Source of the DNA: Candidatus Methylomirabilota bacterium
Lineage (GTDB): Bacteria > Methylomirabilota > Methylomirabilia > Rokubacteriales > CSP1-6
Assembly (NCBI GenBank): GCA_046726415.1
Contig: JBKPAK010000210.1
Coordinates: 1-16,339, forward strand
Reading direction: 5' to 3'
Length of the DNA: 16,339 nucleotides
A model generated the notes under the pieces. The model was given only the letters and a program-made list of their open reading frames with translations. It ran no database searches and was not told the origin of the DNA. This document shows positions 14,076 through 16,339 of this stretch, one piece after another. The position numbers and the translations under genes were made by a program. Each line of letters starts with the position of its first letter. Position 1 is the first letter of the stretch.

Positions 14076-14259
14076 TGACGGGCTGGCCTGGCGCACCCGC
14101 CGCGTACCAATCCGTCGGTGGAACCTCCTCGAAGACGACCCACACCGCTTCGCGCGGCACCCGGCACACGTCGTGGACCGCCTCGGTTACCCGCTTGGCC
14201 AGCTCGTCCTTGCGCTCCTTTCCGTGTCCCTCGTACAACCGAATGTTGACGAACGGCAT
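14068..14259 (-). CDS. 4-oxalocrotonate tautomerase family protein (63 aa)
   Basis: M-P start (catalytic Pro1), PFVNIRLYEGHGKERKDELAKRVTEAV...VWVVFEEVPPTDWYAAG; GGAGGAG RBS upstream of ATG 14259. Confidence 0.9.
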   Translation of the reverse strand: MPFVNIRLYEGHGKERKDELAKRVTEAVHDVCRVPREAVWVVFEEVPPTDWYAAGAPGQPVKR

Positions 14260-14296
14260 TGGTCGCTCCTCCGTGAACTTTTTCTGGATGGGCCAG

Positions 14297-14317
14297 ACGT
14301 TACCACGCTCGTACAAT
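14297..14317. promoter_or_regulatory. Back-to-back divergent -10 elements
   Basis: Plus-strand TACAAT (14312-14317) ends 7 nt before ATG 14325 (leaderless geometry); minus-strand extended -10 TG-G-TAACGT (14305-14297) points to the tautomerase. Confidence 0.5.
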
Positions 14318-14324
14318 GCGGGCA

Positions 14325-15245
14325 ATGGCCGAGCTGACCAACGAGTTTTCCTGGTCTCGGAGCCGAGACTCCAGCTTCCACGAATGTCGCCGGCGCTACT
14401 TCTACCAGTACTACGGCGCCTGGGGTGGATGGGAGGCGACGGCGCCGGCGGACGTGCGCCGTCTCTACATCCTCAAGCAGCTTGCCACCAGGCAGATGTG
14501 GGGCGGACGGGTGGTGCACGAGGCCATCGAGATGGCGTTGCACGTGTTCCGGGACGGTCGCGACATCCCCATCGAGCCATTCATCGCCGATGTCATCGAG
14601 CGAATGCGGGGCGAGTGGCGGCTGTCGAAAGCGGGGCGATACCGCGAGTCGCCCAAGAGTCCCGCGCTGTTCGAGCACGAGTACGCCATCGAGCTCAAAG
14701 CCCAAGTGTGGCAGGCTCTCAGCCGCCACGTCGCCACGTGCCTCCGGAACTTCTTCCGCCTCCCCCTTCTCGCGACCATTCGCCGGTCCGAGCCTGAGCA
14801 CTGGTCCATCGAGCACTGGTCCAAGACCTTCGAGTTCGAGGGAACGCCGGTCTGGATGGCCCCGGACTTCGGGTTCTGGACCGAGGAGGGCCGCCTGGCC
14901 CTGGTGGACTGGAAGACGGGCGCGTCGGATCCCCACGACACCGCGTTTCAACTCGGCGGCTATGCACTCTATGCGCACGAGGTGCTCGCCGTGCCGCCCA
15001 CCAATGTCGATCTGTACGAGGTCAATCTGCGCGAACCGCTCGTGACACCGCTCACCTGGAGCAATGAGAGACTGGAGGCCATCAAGGAGCGCCTGCGCTT
15101 GTCCGTGCGCTCGATGAAGGCCTACCTCGCCGATCCCCAGACGAACGTGGCGGTGATCGGGGACTTCGAGCGCACGGAGGAGCTGCGGATCTGCCGCTGG
15201 TGTAACTTCCGCGCAGTCTGTCGGCCCGAGCTGGCGGGAGCCTGA
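14325..15245 (+). CDS. Standalone PD-(D/E)XK nuclease family protein (AddB/RecB/Cas4-like) with four putative Fe-S cysteines
   Basis: FSWSRS..F.ECRRRYFYQY, G..VHE, APDF, LVDWKTG, QLGGY and C-terminal CRWCNFRAVC. ATG 14325 preferred over 14316, which overlaps the TACAAT box. Confidence 0.88.
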   Translation: MAELTNEFSWSRSRDSSFHECRRRYFYQYYGAWGGWEATAPADVRRLYILKQLATRQMWGGRVVHEAIEMALHVFRDGRDIPIEPFIADVIERMRGEWRLSKAGRYRESPKSPALFEHEYAIELKAQVWQALSRHVATCLRNFFRLPLLATIRRSEPEHWSIEHWSKTFEFEGTPVWMAPDFGFWTEEGRLALVDWKTGASDPHDTAFQLGGYALYAHEVLAVPPTNVDLYEVNLREPLVTPLTWSNERLEAIKERLRLSVRSMKAYLADPQTNVAVIGDFERTEELRICRWCNFRAVCRPELAGA

Positions 15246-15372
15246 CCCGCACGCGGGAACCGGCGGCGCGGGGACCCGAGTTGATTGACAGGTTCCCGTG
15301 TCCGATGGTAGAAGCGAGCACCGCTCCTACCGAAACCGACGTGGACAACGCGATGAGGCTGCTCTAGCTAGC

Positions 15373-16137
15373 AGCCTGTCCGACTACTGGGTGCGGCTCC
15401 CCGGGCAAGTTCGTCGGCTTTCAGAACTTCCGGGACATCTTCGGCAACGAAGTCTTCCGGCAGACCGTCTACAACTCATTCCTCTTCACCACCATCGCCG
15501 TCATTTTCAAGACCCTGCTCGGGGTGTGGCTGGCCATGCTCCTGTTCCGGAATTTCAAGTTCAAGCGGCTGATCCGCGGGGCGGTGCTGCTCCTGTGGGT
15601 TATCCCGACCGCGCTCTCCACGCTGGCCTGGGGGTGGATGTTCGATTCGCTCTACAGCGTGGTCAACTGGACGGGAATCCGCCTCGGGCTGCTGGCCGCG
15701 CCCGGGCCGAACTGGTTGGGGATCGCGTCGTACGCCATGACCGCGGTCATCGCCGTGAACGCGTGGCGCGGGCTGCCCTTCTTCGCCATCATCGTGCTGG
15801 CCGGCCTGGTGTCGATTCCCCGCGAGTACTACGAGGCGGCCGAGGTGGACGGCGCCGGGTCGTGGCGCCGTTTCTGCCACGTGACGCGGCCCTTGCTCAA
15901 GCCGGTGCTGGCCGTGGTGATCCTCTTCTCGACGATCTTTACCTTCGCCGATTTCAACATCGTCCAGGTGCTGACTCGAGGCGGGCCGGTCAATACGACG
16001 CATCTCTTCGCCACCCTCGCGTACCAGACGGGGCTGTCGGGTGGCAACCTCGGGCAGGGGGCGGCCATCTCGCTCTTCCTCTTCCCGTGCTGGCCGCAGT
16101 CGTTTTCATCCAGCTGCGCTATATCCGGAGGGAGTGA
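15373..16137 (+). pseudogene. Carbohydrate ABC transporter permease (MalF/UgpA-like), 5'-truncated with two frameshifts
   Basis: Reconstructed reading: SLSDYWV, +1 nt at ~15394, GSPGKFVGFQNF...WRGLPFF..LAGL.SIP.EYYEAAEVDGA (EAA motif)...TRGGP...ISLFLFP, -1 nt at ~16084-16088, VLAAVVFIQLRYIRRE* (16137). No first TM helix or usable start upstream. Confidence 0.8.
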
Positions 16138-16138
16138 G

Positions 16139-16339
16139 GTGAACGTCGGCGTCCGCGGAAAGGGCCAGCGGCTCCGATCGGCGGCGTTCGGGTATGCCAA
16201 CGTGATCCCGTTCCTGCTGTTCGCCCTCTTTCCCTTCTACTACATGGTGATCACGTCGCTGAAGAACGATGCCGAGCTGTACAACCTCAAGGCCGTTCCG
16301 TTTCTCATCCAGACCGGGGTCATCACCGATCACTACCGC
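16139..16339 (+). CDS. Carbohydrate ABC transporter permease (MalG/UgpE-like), N-terminal part, runs off the window
   Basis: GTG 16139 after GGAGGGAG; IPFLLFALFPFYYMVITSLK..ELY is typical of the MalG-type N-terminus. Confidence 0.8.
   Translation, partial: MNVGVRGKGQRLRSAAFGYANVIPFLLFALFPFYYMVITSLKNDAELYNLKAVPFLIQTGVITDHYR

Noticed and set aside
14325-15245. cas4 of a CRISPR-Cas locus
   Set aside because: No cas1/cas2 or array in the window, and at ~306 aa it is longer than typical Cas4; kept as a generic PD-(D/E)XK nuclease.
15298-16137. 279-aa ORF from the track as a real protein
   Set aside because: Only SLSDYWV and the last ~17 aa are permease-like; the middle is the off-frame reading of the frameshifted permease.

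Overview
GC-rich bacterial chromosomal window; gene content and repeat style suggest Candidatus Rokubacteria/Methylomirabilota (inference, not verified). In order: (1) the 3' part of an operon with a protein carrying two PCP_red (BchB/ChlB C-terminal-like) domains, an AhbD/NirJ-like radical SAM-SPASM enzyme fused to a third PCP_red domain, a small membrane protein and an Mrp/ApbC-type P-loop ATPase lacking the Fe-S-binding CxxC motif; this is the best candidate for an undescribed cofactor-maturation system; (2) a minus-strand lipoprotein + secreted protein pair; (3) PAC2-family protein + M23 peptidase; (4) a small CPCC protein + squalene/phytoene synthase whose conserved N-terminus has no canonical start codon, bracketed by two inverted copies of a REP-like hairpin, each followed by its own tandem repeat array; (5) a tautomerase - SMP-30 lactonase - Liv-type ABC transporter cluster with a duplicated gene junction and a long hairpin before the solute-binding gene; (6) a standalone 4-Cys PD-(D/E)XK (AddB/Cas4-like) nuclease; (7) a 5'-truncated, doubly frameshifted sugar ABC permease pseudogene that reads in frame into the next permease. 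No rRNA, tRNA, CRISPR array or transposase was seen.
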